From a bacterium (GTDB taxonomy: Bacteria; Electryoneota; Electryoneia; Electryoneales; Electryoneaceae): DNA of 64,000 nucleotides. Of the stretch, positions 1 through 9,567 are shown one piece after another; position 1 is the stretch's first letter; every line of letters starts with the position of its first letter. The stretch is from assembly GCA_963675295.2 (NCBI GenBank), contig CAXXKJ010000002.1:1920001-1984000 (forward strand), written 5' to 3'. The translations under genes and the position numbers were made by a program. Under the pieces are notes generated by a model. That model was not told the DNA's origin. It worked only from the letters and a program-made list of their open reading frames with translations, and did no database searches.

Positions 1-132
1 TTATATGAACTTATGCTTGACAAGGTGTCGGTATGGATTCAACTTATATCCAAGCGTCGGGACGAGGAGAAATTCCGCGCGGCCTCTTCCGAAGGCGCAA
101 GAACGGCTGTAAACTCATTATTGGGGGGTACC

Positions 133-537
133 ATGAAAGCGAGACTTATTTTCGGACTGATCTTCACGCTGGTTCTTTGCATCCAGCTCGCGCCGGTGAC
201 AGCAGATGCTCAGCTTTATGCCGGCTACATTGAGTTGTATTTCAATGATGCTAATGCGTCAGAACAGGCAAGTATCCCTGATTTGTCGAGCAATCAATAC
301 TCGGAGATCTGGTTTAGTGCTTGCGATGTGAATAACTTGTATAGTGATTCTGATGTGCGCGCCATCATTTCAATGTCGACAAGTCGTCATTGGGATGTTG
401 ATGCGCAGGATGAGTACGCAATTCCCGCTTACCACGAATATCCAACTTCTGGTGGTTATTACAGGTTGGAATGGTTGGGTTCGCCAACCTATGGTGTGGC
501 GGTGTTTGACGTATGGATTAATATTTATCCATACTAA
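133..537 (+). CDS. small secreted hypothetical protein
   Basis: ATG at 133 after a G-rich RBS (ggggggtacc). Sec signal MKARLIFGLIFTLVLCIQLAPVTADA|Q. Low GC; no recognisable family. Confidence 0.7.
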   Translation: MKARLIFGLIFTLVLCIQLAPVTADAQLYAGYIELYFNDANASEQASIPDLSSNQYSEIWFSACDVNNLYSDSDVRAIISMSTSRHWDVDAQDEYAIPAYHEYPTSGGYYRLEWLGSPTYGVAVFDVWINIYPY

Positions 538-545
538 CCGGTAAC

Positions 546-579
546 AAAAGGGTGATGCCTATTAAGGCATCACCCTTTT
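546..579. terminator. intrinsic (bidirectional) terminator hairpin
   Basis: Perfect 15-bp stem aaaagggtgatgcct-atta-aggcatcaccctttt just after the stop at 537. Confidence 0.75.
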
Positions 580-596
580 CTAAGAGGTACTTGATC

Positions 597-2972
597 ATGA
601 GAACGAATATCATTGCACTCGTTATCCTTTTGTTATCGTTGTCAGCGTACGCTGATTGGCAAGGCACATCACATGGTAATCATGCAGCTGAATTGATCGC
701 TACAGATGAATCTGGAAATCGGATCATCCTCAGCTTACACAGAAGCGCAGGTGTGTGGCTGACTAACGACGGAGGCTTGACTTGGACACAGCTAAATGAT
801 CGATTGACAGATGCACCAGTAATTAAGTCGGCTACATATGGTTCTGCTAAAACAATAGGGCCGATGGCGGACACCCTAATAATTGATATTTTTCCCTATA
901 TAGATAGCATTCCATATCACAAAGAGTGTCATAGCTTTGACGGAGGTGAAACGTGGTCAAGTTACTCGGATATCGTCACTTCGGTTTGGCCAGATACACT
1001 CGATCTGATCACACTCGGCGGTGATCCAACCATGATTTACTCCGATCGTATTTATTATTCTCGCCAGCCAGGTTTTGGCATCAGTTATGACCATGGAGTC
1101 ACCTGGACAATAGTGGATGTGGATTCCTTTGAATGTGGAATACGTGGTGTTCTGTACAGCGAAACCGAGTCCGATACTATTTTCCTCTATGGAGCCTGGG
1201 GGCCGCTTACAATCGGCGGTCCGGTAGTCGGCGGCGTCAGTGCCAGCTATGATGGTGGCTACACGTGGCGAGAACTGACTCATATGCCGGGTCTGACAAC
1301 AGAAACAATGGGTACGGTAGAAGACCTGCAGTGGGGATATGGAAATAACTTGTACGCTATGACAGGTTGCTCTGCATCAGATCCATTTGAACCCGTGTTG
1401 CGATCTCAGGACCACGGCGAAACCTGGGAATGGATGGAAAGCCATGGTCTGCCGGAATCCATGAGATCCACGCGGTATCTCGCTGTGCCAGAAATTCCAG
1501 GCCGGATTCTGGCGGCTGAATCGGGTGAATATGGTGTCTGGATTTCTGATGATCATGGGCAGAACTGGAGTCGGCTGCTGAATGGTCTTCCAGAAACGCC
1601 ATTTGGTGTTTCGACTTTCTACCGAAATCCATATAGCGGGTATTTGTATGTGTGCTTCAAACATCACGGGATTTTTCAATCAATGGATCTTGGTGAATCC
1701 TGGCAACAAATTCCAATGCCACCTGTAGGGACAATGATTGAAGATCCTTACCGTGGAATCAATATTGAAGATGGTGGTGTGATGCATGGAGCTATGCAGG
1801 CACCTATATTCTATGCTTCGGTATCCAATGTTGACTTTCAATCTATCCCGTTGCTGGGAACGGACCCAAACAAAAGTTACCGATGTTATCCAATCTCTTA
1901 TCATCTGCAATCAATTCTTACTATGGTAGAAAGAGTTGATATTTATTCTTATGATCGGGAATATGCGATTATGAAGTCGCTAGATGATGGAGATAGCTGG
2001 GATTTCAATGATAATATTCCTGAATCTATTGTAGAAATCGTACACATAATAAATGATACATCACTTGTTCTGGCTGGTAAAACGAATGGCAGTCAACTAT
2101 ATTTATCAGAAGATTATGGCAGCAACTGGCAACTGATCCAAATTCCTGTGATAATATACTCATATAGACACTTACAGTCCGTTGATGATGTGCTTCTGGC
2201 CGAATGTACCTATCCAACTCAAGATATATATCTTTCTGAAGATATGGGATTGAATTGGGAGGCACTACATTTTCCTGAAATGAGCAATCTTACAGGTGCG
2301 ACTCCAGCTCCATTCAAAATACTCAATGATACTTTATTTGTTCGATATTACAGATATTTATGGGCGTATCCGTTAAACAGCGTTGTAGCAAGCTGGACAT
2401 TACGGAGTACATTGCCAGGAGTCATCCTCGCATCCTATGATATTGCATGGGATATTGTCGATGATGGCATAAATCGCATTTTTATTTCCGGTCATACAAA
2501 ATCCCATGATCTTCTCGTATCCTATGACTATGGATACACGTGGGAAGAACAGGAAATAGAAATGCCACCGGACCGTCAGGGGGAGGTGGCGATAGACATT
2601 GCCTATGACAAATGGCGCGACCGTTTGTGGATCGACACCGGCGTCGGGCTGGCCTATCTCGACAATCCAACCACCCACGTCGGCGAAGATGTCTGGCGTT
2701 TCCAACCAGCGACCTACGCGACGATGAACGCCTATCCAAACCCGTTCAACGCGAATACCACGGTTCAGTATACGTTGACACGCCCCGGCAACGTGAGATT
2801 GGACGTGTTTGACCTGTTGGGCCGGCGTGTTGCGACGCTGGTTGATGGGATGACCTTGCCCGGCGGTCACAGCGTCTCGTTTGACGCCAGCGAGCTGTCG
2901 TCGGGATCGTATTTCCTCCGTCTCAACACCCCAGACCAGACCCTTCACCGGCGCATCACGCTGGTCAAATAG
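597..2972 (+). CDS. secreted BNR/Asp-box beta-propeller protein with T9SS type A CTD
   Basis: Signal peptide MRTNIIALVILLLSLSAYA|D; about 10 SxDxGxTW Asp-box motifs; C-terminus 'AYPNPFNANTTVQY...SGSYFLRL...RRITLVK'. Confidence 0.85.
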   Translation: MRTNIIALVILLLSLSAYADWQGTSHGNHAAELIATDESGNRIILSLHRSAGVWLTNDGGLTWTQLNDRLTDAPVIKSATYGSAKTIGPMADTLIIDIFPYIDSIPYHKECHSFDGGETWSSYSDIVTSVWPDTLDLITLGGDPTMIYSDRIYYSRQPGFGISYDHGVTWTIVDVDSFECGIRGVLYSETESDTIFLYGAWGPLTIGGPVVGGVSASYDGGYTWRELTHMPGLTTETMGTVEDLQWGYGNNLYAMTGCSASDPFEPVLRSQDHGETWEWMESHGLPESMRSTRYLAVPEIPGRILAAESGEYGVWISDDHGQNWSRLLNGLPETPFGVSTFYRNPYSGYLYVCFKHHGIFQSMDLGESWQQIPMPPVGTMIEDPYRGINIEDGGVMHGAMQAPIFYASVSNVDFQSIPLLGTDPNKSYRCYPISYHLQSILTMVERVDIYSYDREYAIMKSLDDGDSWDFNDNIPESIVEIVHIINDTSLVLAGKTNGSQLYLSEDYGSNWQLIQIPVIIYSYRHLQSVDDVLLAECTYPTQDIYLSEDMGLNWEALHFPEMSNLTGATPAPFKILNDTLFVRYYRYLWAYPLNSVVASWTLRSTLPGVILASYDIAWDIVDDGINRIFISGHTKSHDLLVSYDYGYTWEEQEIEMPPDRQGEVAIDIAYDKWRDRLWIDTGVGLAYLDNPTTHVGEDVWRFQPATYATMNAYPNPFNANTTVQYTLTRPGNVRLDVFDLLGRRVATLVDGMTLPGGHSVSFDASELSSGSYFLRLNTPDQTLHRRITLVK

Positions 2973-3038
2973 CCCACGTCGCATGTGGCCGGTCCCTGCG
3001 AACGCCAACGTCGGTACCATGGGGCAGATCAGTTTCTT

Positions 3039-3108
3039 GTCTCAAATCTCAAGTCTCATATCTGGTAGTTGGGATCTCGCATCTCGGATCTCAAATCTCC
3101 GCTCTCCT
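3039..3108. repeat. degenerate heptamer tandem tract (atctcNN)n
   Basis: gtctcaa atctcaa gtctcat atctggt agttggg atctcgc atctcgg atctcaa atctccg ctctcct. Confidence 0.8.
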
Positions 3109-3141
3109 CTCCGGGCACATCCGTTCACTATGTTAGCCCCC

Positions 3142-5052
3142 ATGCCGCACGACCCATCCGACAAGACGACACCGCCCTCCGGCGACATGACGAGCGACCA
3201 GAACGCGCCGCCCGCCGAGCCGACGCTCTCGCTCGAGGAAAAGCTCGAGCTGTTGCCGACCGAGCCCGGTGTCTACCAGTTCAAGGACAAGTCGGGCAAG
3301 ATCATCTACATCGGCAAGGCGAAGGTGTTGCGCAACCGTGTCCGCAGCTACTTCACCAAGGGCGACGACGGTCGCTGGCAGTACCGGGATCTGATCTCAC
3401 GCATCGCCGACCTCGAAATTATCGTCACCGCCAACGAGCTGGAAGCGTTGATCGTCGAGGCGAACCTGATTCGCCGCCACCGTCCCCGCTTCAACATGGA
3501 ACTGCGGGATACGGGATCGTACCCGTACCTCAAGGTGACGAAGGAACGTTTTCCGCGTGTGTTCCTCACCCGCAAACCGAAGCAGGACGGGTCGAAATAC
3601 TACGGGCCGCTGTCCAACGTCACCGAGATGAAGGACACGCTCCGCACGTTGCGCAAGGCGACCCGCATCCGCACTTGCAATCTGAAAATCACCCCGGCGG
3701 CGGTGAAGCAGAAGAAGCACAAGGTGTGCCTCGAATATCACATCGGGAACTGTGATGGGCCGTGCGAAGGTCGAGTCAGCGAGAGCGAATACGACGACGG
3801 CTTAAAGTTGCTCGTGAACGCTGTCCACGGGAAGCAGGCGCCGCTGATCGAGATGCTCGAAGCACGGATGCGTGAACTCGCGCAGAATCTGAAGTACGAG
3901 CAGGCGGCGAAGGTTCGGGACCAGATCCAGCGTACGAAGCAACTGACCATCCGTCAGACGGTGCTGACGCGTGATTTGATCGACCGGGACGCGTTCGCGT
4001 TGGCGCAGGAGGACGAGGACGGCGTCGTCGCGGTGCTACGCATGCGGGAAGGGAAGATCATCGGGCGGCATCACGTCAACCTCAGCCGGATGAAAGCGAC
4101 CGGACGCGCGGCAGTGTGGATGCGTGTGCTCAGCGACTATTACCTCGGCGAGGTGCACGAAGTCCCCAGCGAAATCCTCATCCCCGACCCGCTCGATGCC
4201 GAGGACGAAGAATTATTGCTCAGCTACCTCGAAGAGAAGCGCAGGCGGAAGGTGAAGCTGATTGTGCCGCAGCGTGGCGAAAAATTCCGGCAGGTGCATC
4301 TCGCCGAAACCAACGCCAAACTACTGCTCGGCGAACGGTTGCTGGCCAAAGCGAAGGCGGAACGCATCCCGCACAGCCTGGTGATGCTCGCCGACCATCT
4401 CAAACTGGACAACCCGCCGCTAAGCATCGAATGCTTCGACAACTCGAACCTGTTCGGGCAGCAGCCGGTGGCGGCGATGGTGCGCTTCGAGGACGGGCGT
4501 CCGGCGAAATCCGAGTACCGCCATTTCAAGATCAAGACCGTTGTCGGCGCTGACGACTTCAAGTCGATGGAAGAGGTGGTCGGACGGCGGTACCGGCGGC
4601 TGCTGCGTGAGGACCGGGCCAAGCTGCCCGACCTGGTGCTGATCGACGGCGGACGCGGGCAGGTCAACGCCGCGCGGCGGATTGTGGACGAACTCGGCCT
4701 GCGTGACCTGCCGGTGGTCGGATTGGCGAAACGGCTGGAGGAGATTGTCTTTCCGGGCACCGCCGAGCCGATCACGTTGCCGAAGACCAGCAGCGCGTTG
4801 AAACTGCTGATGCAGCTCCGCGACGAGGCCCACCGTTTCGCGATCACCTACCACCGCTCGCTGCGGAACAAGGCGTCAGTCTCGAGCACGCTGGAGGGAA
4901 TTCCCGGGATCGGTGAGACCAAGGCGAAGGCGTTGCTGCGGCATTTCGGGTCGCTGAAACGGCTGAAGGACGCCACCCCGCAGCAGATCGCCGAGGTGCC
5001 CGGATTCTCGGTCAAGGCGGGGGAGAAGCTGCTACAGCAGTTGGACGGATAG
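3142..5052 (+). CDS. uvrC: excinuclease ABC subunit C
   Basis: GIY-YIG motif (PGVYQF...IYIGKAKVLRNRVRSYF), cysteine cluster, 'IECFDNSN', 'PDLVLIDGGRGQ', 'RDEAHRFA' and C-terminal HhH. Start at 3142 or 3187. Confidence 0.97.
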   Translation: MPHDPSDKTTPPSGDMTSDQNAPPAEPTLSLEEKLELLPTEPGVYQFKDKSGKIIYIGKAKVLRNRVRSYFTKGDDGRWQYRDLISRIADLEIIVTANELEALIVEANLIRRHRPRFNMELRDTGSYPYLKVTKERFPRVFLTRKPKQDGSKYYGPLSNVTEMKDTLRTLRKATRIRTCNLKITPAAVKQKKHKVCLEYHIGNCDGPCEGRVSESEYDDGLKLLVNAVHGKQAPLIEMLEARMRELAQNLKYEQAAKVRDQIQRTKQLTIRQTVLTRDLIDRDAFALAQEDEDGVVAVLRMREGKIIGRHHVNLSRMKATGRAAVWMRVLSDYYLGEVHEVPSEILIPDPLDAEDEELLLSYLEEKRRRKVKLIVPQRGEKFRQVHLAETNAKLLLGERLLAKAKAERIPHSLVMLADHLKLDNPPLSIECFDNSNLFGQQPVAAMVRFEDGRPAKSEYRHFKIKTVVGADDFKSMEEVVGRRYRRLLREDRAKLPDLVLIDGGRGQVNAARRIVDELGLRDLPVVGLAKRLEEIVFPGTAEPITLPKTSSALKLLMQLRDEAHRFAITYHRSLRNKASVSSTLEGIPGIGETKAKALLRHFGSLKRLKDATPQQIAEVPGFSVKAGEKLLQQLDG

Positions 5053-5053
5053 G

Positions 5054-5095
5054 GCTGCGGACTGCGGGCTGCGGACTGCGGACTGCGGACTGCGG
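5054..5095. repeat. heptamer tandem repeat (RCTGCGG)x6
   Basis: gctgcgg actgcgg gctgcgg actgcgg actgcgg actgcgg, immediately after the uvrC stop. Confidence 0.9.
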
Positions 5096-5102
5096 ACACC
5101 AG

Positions 5103-5138
5103 AACCGGGGACACTTTGTCCCTAAAGTGTCCCCGGTT
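5103..5138. repeat. REP-like palindrome (GGGGACAC family)
   Basis: aaccggggacacttt-gtccct-aaagtgtccccggtt; near-identical inverted copy at about 46435-46468. Confidence 0.8.
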
Positions 5139-5163
5139 CAAGCTGTCCCCGGTTCGTACACAC

Positions 5164-5193
5164 ACTTACCACGGACTTAAGTCCGTGGTAAGT
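5164..5193. repeat. perfect 30-bp palindrome
   Basis: acttaccacggactt|aagtccgtggtaagt. Confidence 0.85.
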
Positions 5194-5308
5194 AGGCACT
5201 TGTTAGTCGCAACAGAAATTGAAATCGATCCTTGTTTCGCATGCATTCTCGAATCCCGGTGCCTACATTGAACCGAATACGTATCGTCTTCCACGTTGGG
5301 AGTATGAA

Positions 5309-6874
5309 ATGAAGGTTCACTATTGGCAACGAGTAGTCGGCTATTCTCTCCTTCTCGTTGTTCTTACCAACCTGTCTACACCTCTTCAAGCCTACCATTT
5401 GATCCTTTCTGCTGATGTAATGGATCATCAAACACGTGTGCTACTGGTCGACATGGACGATGACTACGATCTTGACGTGGTTCAATCGAGCGATCAAGGC
5501 ACCAATCGTCTGGCGTGGATCGAACAGATTGACCCATTCACCTGGGAACCGCACATCATCGCGACCGTGGACAGCGTCGACGGGATGGAGGTGTTTGGCG
5601 TTTCGGACCTGGATTCGGATGGTGATCAGGATTTGCTGGTTGTACGCGAAGTCGATGATGTTTGGGAGTATGCTTCGTACGAACAGCAGGCTGATACCTG
5701 GATTGCCCACTCGATCCATCCATCAGTAAGCGCCCGGGCACCCGCGCCTTATGTGATGTTCGACTATGACAGTGATGGGGATGACGACTTCGTGTTTGTC
5801 GACTACTCGAACGACCGAGATATTTACTATATGCGAAATGAAGGATCTCACGTATGGACACCGATCTTCGTCCAATCCAATGATTTGGGCCTCTACGAAA
5901 ATAGTGAAGATATCTGGCATTGTCTCCCCGGTGATTATGATGGTGACGGTCTGATTGACCTTGTGATTGCAACCGGGAATGGATCAAGTGTTTCCTGGTA
6001 TGGATGTGGCATTCATCTTAGATATCATGATGGTAGTATTGTTACAGTATACCAGGATACTGGAGCTGATGACTATTGCACTGCAAAAGAGGTATTAGAC
6101 TTTAACAATGATGGTTTATTAGATATTTTGTTTGAGGAAAGACAGAATATCTTGGATTATACACATTTGGCTACGCAAACTACTTCTGGAAACTTTACAA
6201 CGAATGTGTTGTGTGGTTTAGGTACAGATGTTCCGTTCTGGCGCGAATACGCAACCTTGGACTATAATTGTGACGGGCATTTGGATTTTTTTATAGATGA
6301 TATTGATCATCCAGATTACATCCATGGCGTACTCTATTATAATCAGGATCTTACTTTTCACTATGAAGTTGTTGGTATTCCAGTTGAAGAAGTTATATCA
6401 ATTGGCGATATTGATGGTGATGGTGCACCTGATTTTACCCATTCATACGGAGGACTAAGTTGGCAGGAGAACCTTATTGAAGTCGGGTATGCCAGCCTCG
6501 AACTTATACCGGTTTCTGGATCTATTGCTCCCGGTGGAACGGTTCTTTACGGTGCAACGATCTTCCACGCAGCACCAACACCCGTCACAGCCAACATTTC
6601 CGCTCGTGCACGAGGGCAACAGGGTGGCCAGCTACCGCTATTTAATGCCTCGATTCCGCTGATCCCCAGTCAGTCGATTGATTACAACGGTCTCACGTTG
6701 GATGTGCCAGCGTGGACCCAACCCGGCCAGTACCTCGTGACCATCAAACTGCACTACCAGGACACAACGGTAGCGGGTGGACAGATGGTGGTGACGGTAA
6801 CCGGCGAACCGTCTGAATCGCGGCCAGACGACTGGCGGGAGGATATGGCTACAGGTGCCCACGGTTGGGAGTAA
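5309..6874 (+). CDS. secreted FG-GAP/VCBS repeat protein with divergent C-terminal shared module, no T9SS CTD
   Basis: RBS gggag; signal peptide; repeated DxDxDGDxD motifs; C-terminal 'LELIPVSGSIAPGGTVLY...VPAWTQPGQY'. Confidence 0.8.
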   Translation: MKVHYWQRVVGYSLLLVVLTNLSTPLQAYHLILSADVMDHQTRVLLVDMDDDYDLDVVQSSDQGTNRLAWIEQIDPFTWEPHIIATVDSVDGMEVFGVSDLDSDGDQDLLVVREVDDVWEYASYEQQADTWIAHSIHPSVSARAPAPYVMFDYDSDGDDDFVFVDYSNDRDIYYMRNEGSHVWTPIFVQSNDLGLYENSEDIWHCLPGDYDGDGLIDLVIATGNGSSVSWYGCGIHLRYHDGSIVTVYQDTGADDYCTAKEVLDFNNDGLLDILFEERQNILDYTHLATQTTSGNFTTNVLCGLGTDVPFWREYATLDYNCDGHLDFFIDDIDHPDYIHGVLYYNQDLTFHYEVVGIPVEEVISIGDIDGDGAPDFTHSYGGLSWQENLIEVGYASLELIPVSGSIAPGGTVLYGATIFHAAPTPVTANISARARGQQGGQLPLFNASIPLIPSQSIDYNGLTLDVPAWTQPGQYLVTIKLHYQDTTVAGGQMVVTVTGEPSESRPDDWREDMATGAHGWE

Positions 6875-6929
6875 ACCGCATCCCGCAGCCCACTGTCTCA
6901 CATCTCGAATCTCACATCTCGTATCTCGT
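6874..6929. repeat. heptamer tandem tract
   Basis: aaccgca tcccgca gcccact gtctcac atctcga atctcac atctcgt atctcgt. Confidence 0.75.
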
Positions 6930-7014
6930 CTGAGGAACTCCCGCTCCCCTGTCGAGTGGAATCCGGTGTACATTTGCCGCATTCGTCGACCCACAACCAG
7001 ACCGTAGAAACGTC

Positions 7015-8409
7015 ATGCCACACCTGTTCGCACTACTGCTACCGTTGATGCTTGTCCAGCTCGGGATCGGGCTGCCGTTTTTTGGCGGCGGCAAGGACAA
7101 GGCGGAGGAGTACGAGCAGGAGCATTCGGCGTGGGTGTATCCGCCGTGGGAGCATACGTGGGGCGTGGTCCGGGCGACGGAAACCCACCTCGATTTCTTC
7201 ACGCTTGGCAAGGCAACCTTCCGCAATCCGCAGGGGTTGGCGGCGGTGCGTCTGACCGCGACGGACGATCCGGATTCCAAGGGCGATGACGACGAAGTCA
7301 CCGTCTATGGCGTCAATTCCGGCGAAAACGCGATCATCTACAACCGGTCGATGCGCAGCATCGGCCTTTTTGGCTACGATGACGAGACGCGTGATTTTCT
7401 CGACGAACCGTGGGATATCGCAGCCTTGCCGAACGGGCTGGTGTTTGTCACCGACAGCGGGCATCGCCGGGTGGTGAAGTTCCGCAATGTGGACGGTGAC
7501 CTCGTGTTCCAGTCCGAGTTCGGGCGGGATGGCCAGGGCGCGTTGGTGCTGCCACGCGGGATTGATGTCACCGAGGGCGGTCTGGTAATCGTCGCGGATG
7601 CCGGCGCGGATCGTGTGGTCCTGTTCGACACCAGCGGTGTGTTTGTCAAGGCGATCGGTGGGTTTGACCGTCCGGTCGGTCTCGCGGCGGTGGACAGCCT
7701 CGACAAGTACACCCGTCCCAAGCGCAATTACTTCGCGGTGACGGATAGCGGCGGGCAGCGTCTGCGGCGGGTCGATTTTAACGGTCACATCCTCGCGGAG
7801 AAGGACATCTCGTTCATCGAGGGTGAGCACGACACGTACGCCGGCCACATCGAGATCGATCTGTACCACAACATCGCGGCGACCGACAGCACGAACGACC
7901 GGCTGCTCAAGTTCGACGAGAACCTCGAGCTGCTCTCGGTCTGGGGAGAGACAGGGGAGGGGCGGACCCGGTTCCACAGCCCGACCGGCATCGCGATCTG
8001 GCGGCGGTTCGGGCAGACCTTCGTCGCGGAGGCGAAGGGCGCTCACTACCTCTGGGTCGGCACCGACATTTCGACCCCGCCTCGGCTGGCGTTTCCAGGA
8101 CCGGGCGAAATCCGTGTCGGGCTCGATCTGACCGAGCGCAGTCAGATCACGCTGGAGATCGTGGACGAGGACGGCGAGGTGTTGCGGACGCGGAACTCGT
8201 ATCGTGATCCGGGTTCACGCAGCGTGTTGTGGCGGTATGACCGGGCGACATTTGTCCGTCCTGAACCGGAGGGCAGGGTGCAGATTGAGCGGCCGGGACC
8301 GTTACCGGCGGGCGAGTACACGTTGCGTATCCGGTTGCGGGCGACGTATTCCAGCCGCAAGGCGTTCGAAAAGGTGATGGAAACCTCGGTGCAGCTGTCT
8401 GGCAGTTGA
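7015..8409 (+). CDS. NHL-repeat beta-propeller protein, exported
   Basis: NHL repeats (PWDIAALPNGLVFVTDSGHRRV, PRGIDV...VADAGADRV, FHSPTGIAI); hydrophobic N-terminus; Ig-like C-terminal region. Confidence 0.8.
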   Translation: MPHLFALLLPLMLVQLGIGLPFFGGGKDKAEEYEQEHSAWVYPPWEHTWGVVRATETHLDFFTLGKATFRNPQGLAAVRLTATDDPDSKGDDDEVTVYGVNSGENAIIYNRSMRSIGLFGYDDETRDFLDEPWDIAALPNGLVFVTDSGHRRVVKFRNVDGDLVFQSEFGRDGQGALVLPRGIDVTEGGLVIVADAGADRVVLFDTSGVFVKAIGGFDRPVGLAAVDSLDKYTRPKRNYFAVTDSGGQRLRRVDFNGHILAEKDISFIEGEHDTYAGHIEIDLYHNIAATDSTNDRLLKFDENLELLSVWGETGEGRTRFHSPTGIAIWRRFGQTFVAEAKGAHYLWVGTDISTPPRLAFPGPGEIRVGLDLTERSQITLEIVDEDGEVLRTRNSYRDPGSRSVLWRYDRATFVRPEPEGRVQIERPGPLPAGEYTLRIRLRATYSSRKAFEKVMETSVQLSGS

Positions 8410-8437
8410 TCGTTGCAGGGTGAGGAGCATAAACGGC

Positions 8438-8469
8438 TCTCGGGCTCGCTTGCGGGTCCGAGTTTTTTT
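8438..8469 (+). terminator. intrinsic terminator
   Basis: ctcgggctcgc-tt-gcgggtccgag followed by T7. Confidence 0.75.
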
Positions 8470-8578
8470 GTGATTTTTATGCTTTGAATTGGTACGGGGT
8501 GGAGTCTATGCGTATTTTTCACCCCGCGTCTCAAGGAAGAGACGTTTGGATTGATCACGTTGCTCAGTGGGGGCTGTA

Positions 8579-9340
8579 ATGAAGTTGGTGAAGACGGTTG
8601 GCCTGGTGGCATTGAGCTGCCTGATGTTTTCGATGACGGTATCCGCGCAGGTACACTTCAGCCCCGTGGAATCGACCGGTGTTCCTTACGCTATCGTGGT
8701 GCAGGAGGCGACGTGGAACGGTGGCGCATCGTTGGTCGCCGGTGACGAAATCGCTGTGTTTGATGGAAACACATGCGTTGGAGCTGCAGTCGTGAGCGGA
8801 TTCCCGGTGAATCTGACCGCGTGGGAACGTGACACCAACCTCAATCTGCCGGGATTCACGCCCGGGCACAAGATGACCTACAAGCTGTGGGACCAGTCGC
8901 AGAATGAAGAACAGCCTGCGCTGGCGCATTACGATACAGGCAATGCGCTGTTCGGCAGCGGATTTGCGTCTGCGGTAACGTTGAACAGTTCCGATTTCCC
9001 GGTGTTGCTGTCGATCTGGTCGAACGAGGCGACGATTCCATCGACCGGCGGAACGTTGACCTGGGGCGCTCAGTTGTGGTCGACTGTTGGCGTGACACGC
9101 ACAGGCCTGCGCTTCTGGACCACCCTGACTCGTCCAAGTGGGTTCGTCACGGGGACTCAGTTCCAGTATCCGTTCAACCTGGCGCCATTCATGAACATCG
9201 CCAACAGTACGTTGAATCAGAATATTGAAGCGAGTTGGCCGTCGGGCACCTGGACGATGAACGGGCACGTGGGCATCTATCCGAACGCTGTGATTGTCGA
9301 TCACTTCACGTTCGAAAAGCTCGCGGCAGATCCCGAATAA
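8579..9340 (+). CDS. small secreted two-domain protein (unknown beta domain + shared module), no T9SS CTD
   Basis: Signal MKLVKTVGLVALSCLMFSMTVSA|Q; domain 'GDEIAVFDG..CVGA...AW..D...GF..G'; ends with the module 'IPSTGGTLTW...GIYPN...DHFTFEKL'. Confidence 0.8.
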   Translation: MKLVKTVGLVALSCLMFSMTVSAQVHFSPVESTGVPYAIVVQEATWNGGASLVAGDEIAVFDGNTCVGAAVVSGFPVNLTAWERDTNLNLPGFTPGHKMTYKLWDQSQNEEQPALAHYDTGNALFGSGFASAVTLNSSDFPVLLSIWSNEATIPSTGGTLTWGAQLWSTVGVTRTGLRFWTTLTRPSGFVTGTQFQYPFNLAPFMNIANSTLNQNIEASWPSGTWTMNGHVGIYPNAVIVDHFTFEKLAADPE

Positions 9341-9387
9341 TCAGGAGCGGTCGTTGGCTGGAACGCTACCTGTCAGAGTGAATATCT

Positions 9388-9411
9388 ACCCCCGCAGGTG
9401 CGGGGGTTTTT
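9388..9411 (+). terminator. intrinsic terminator
   Basis: GC-rich inverted repeat acccccgc-aggt-gcgggggt followed by a T run. Confidence 0.7.
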
Positions 9412-9567
9412 GGTTTTATTGAGCTTGCTACCCGGGTTCGCTCTGAACCGGAGAAGAGCCTCGCTGAGAGATGTTGTGCCGATTATCACGTAACTTAGCG
9501 GGAATTTGCGTATATTGATCTCGCTTACAGCGACTGCTGACTTTTGAACTGATTTGCCGAGGATGCA

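Noticed and set aside
2881-3141. Upstream extension of the uvrC ORF
   Set aside because: It overlaps the previous gene and the heptamer tract; UvrC homology begins near 3230.
3039-6929. Repeat tracts as a CRISPR array or integron attC sites
   Set aside because: The 7-bp units have no spacers, there are no cas or integrase genes, and no convincing RYYYAAC/GTTRRRY boundaries.
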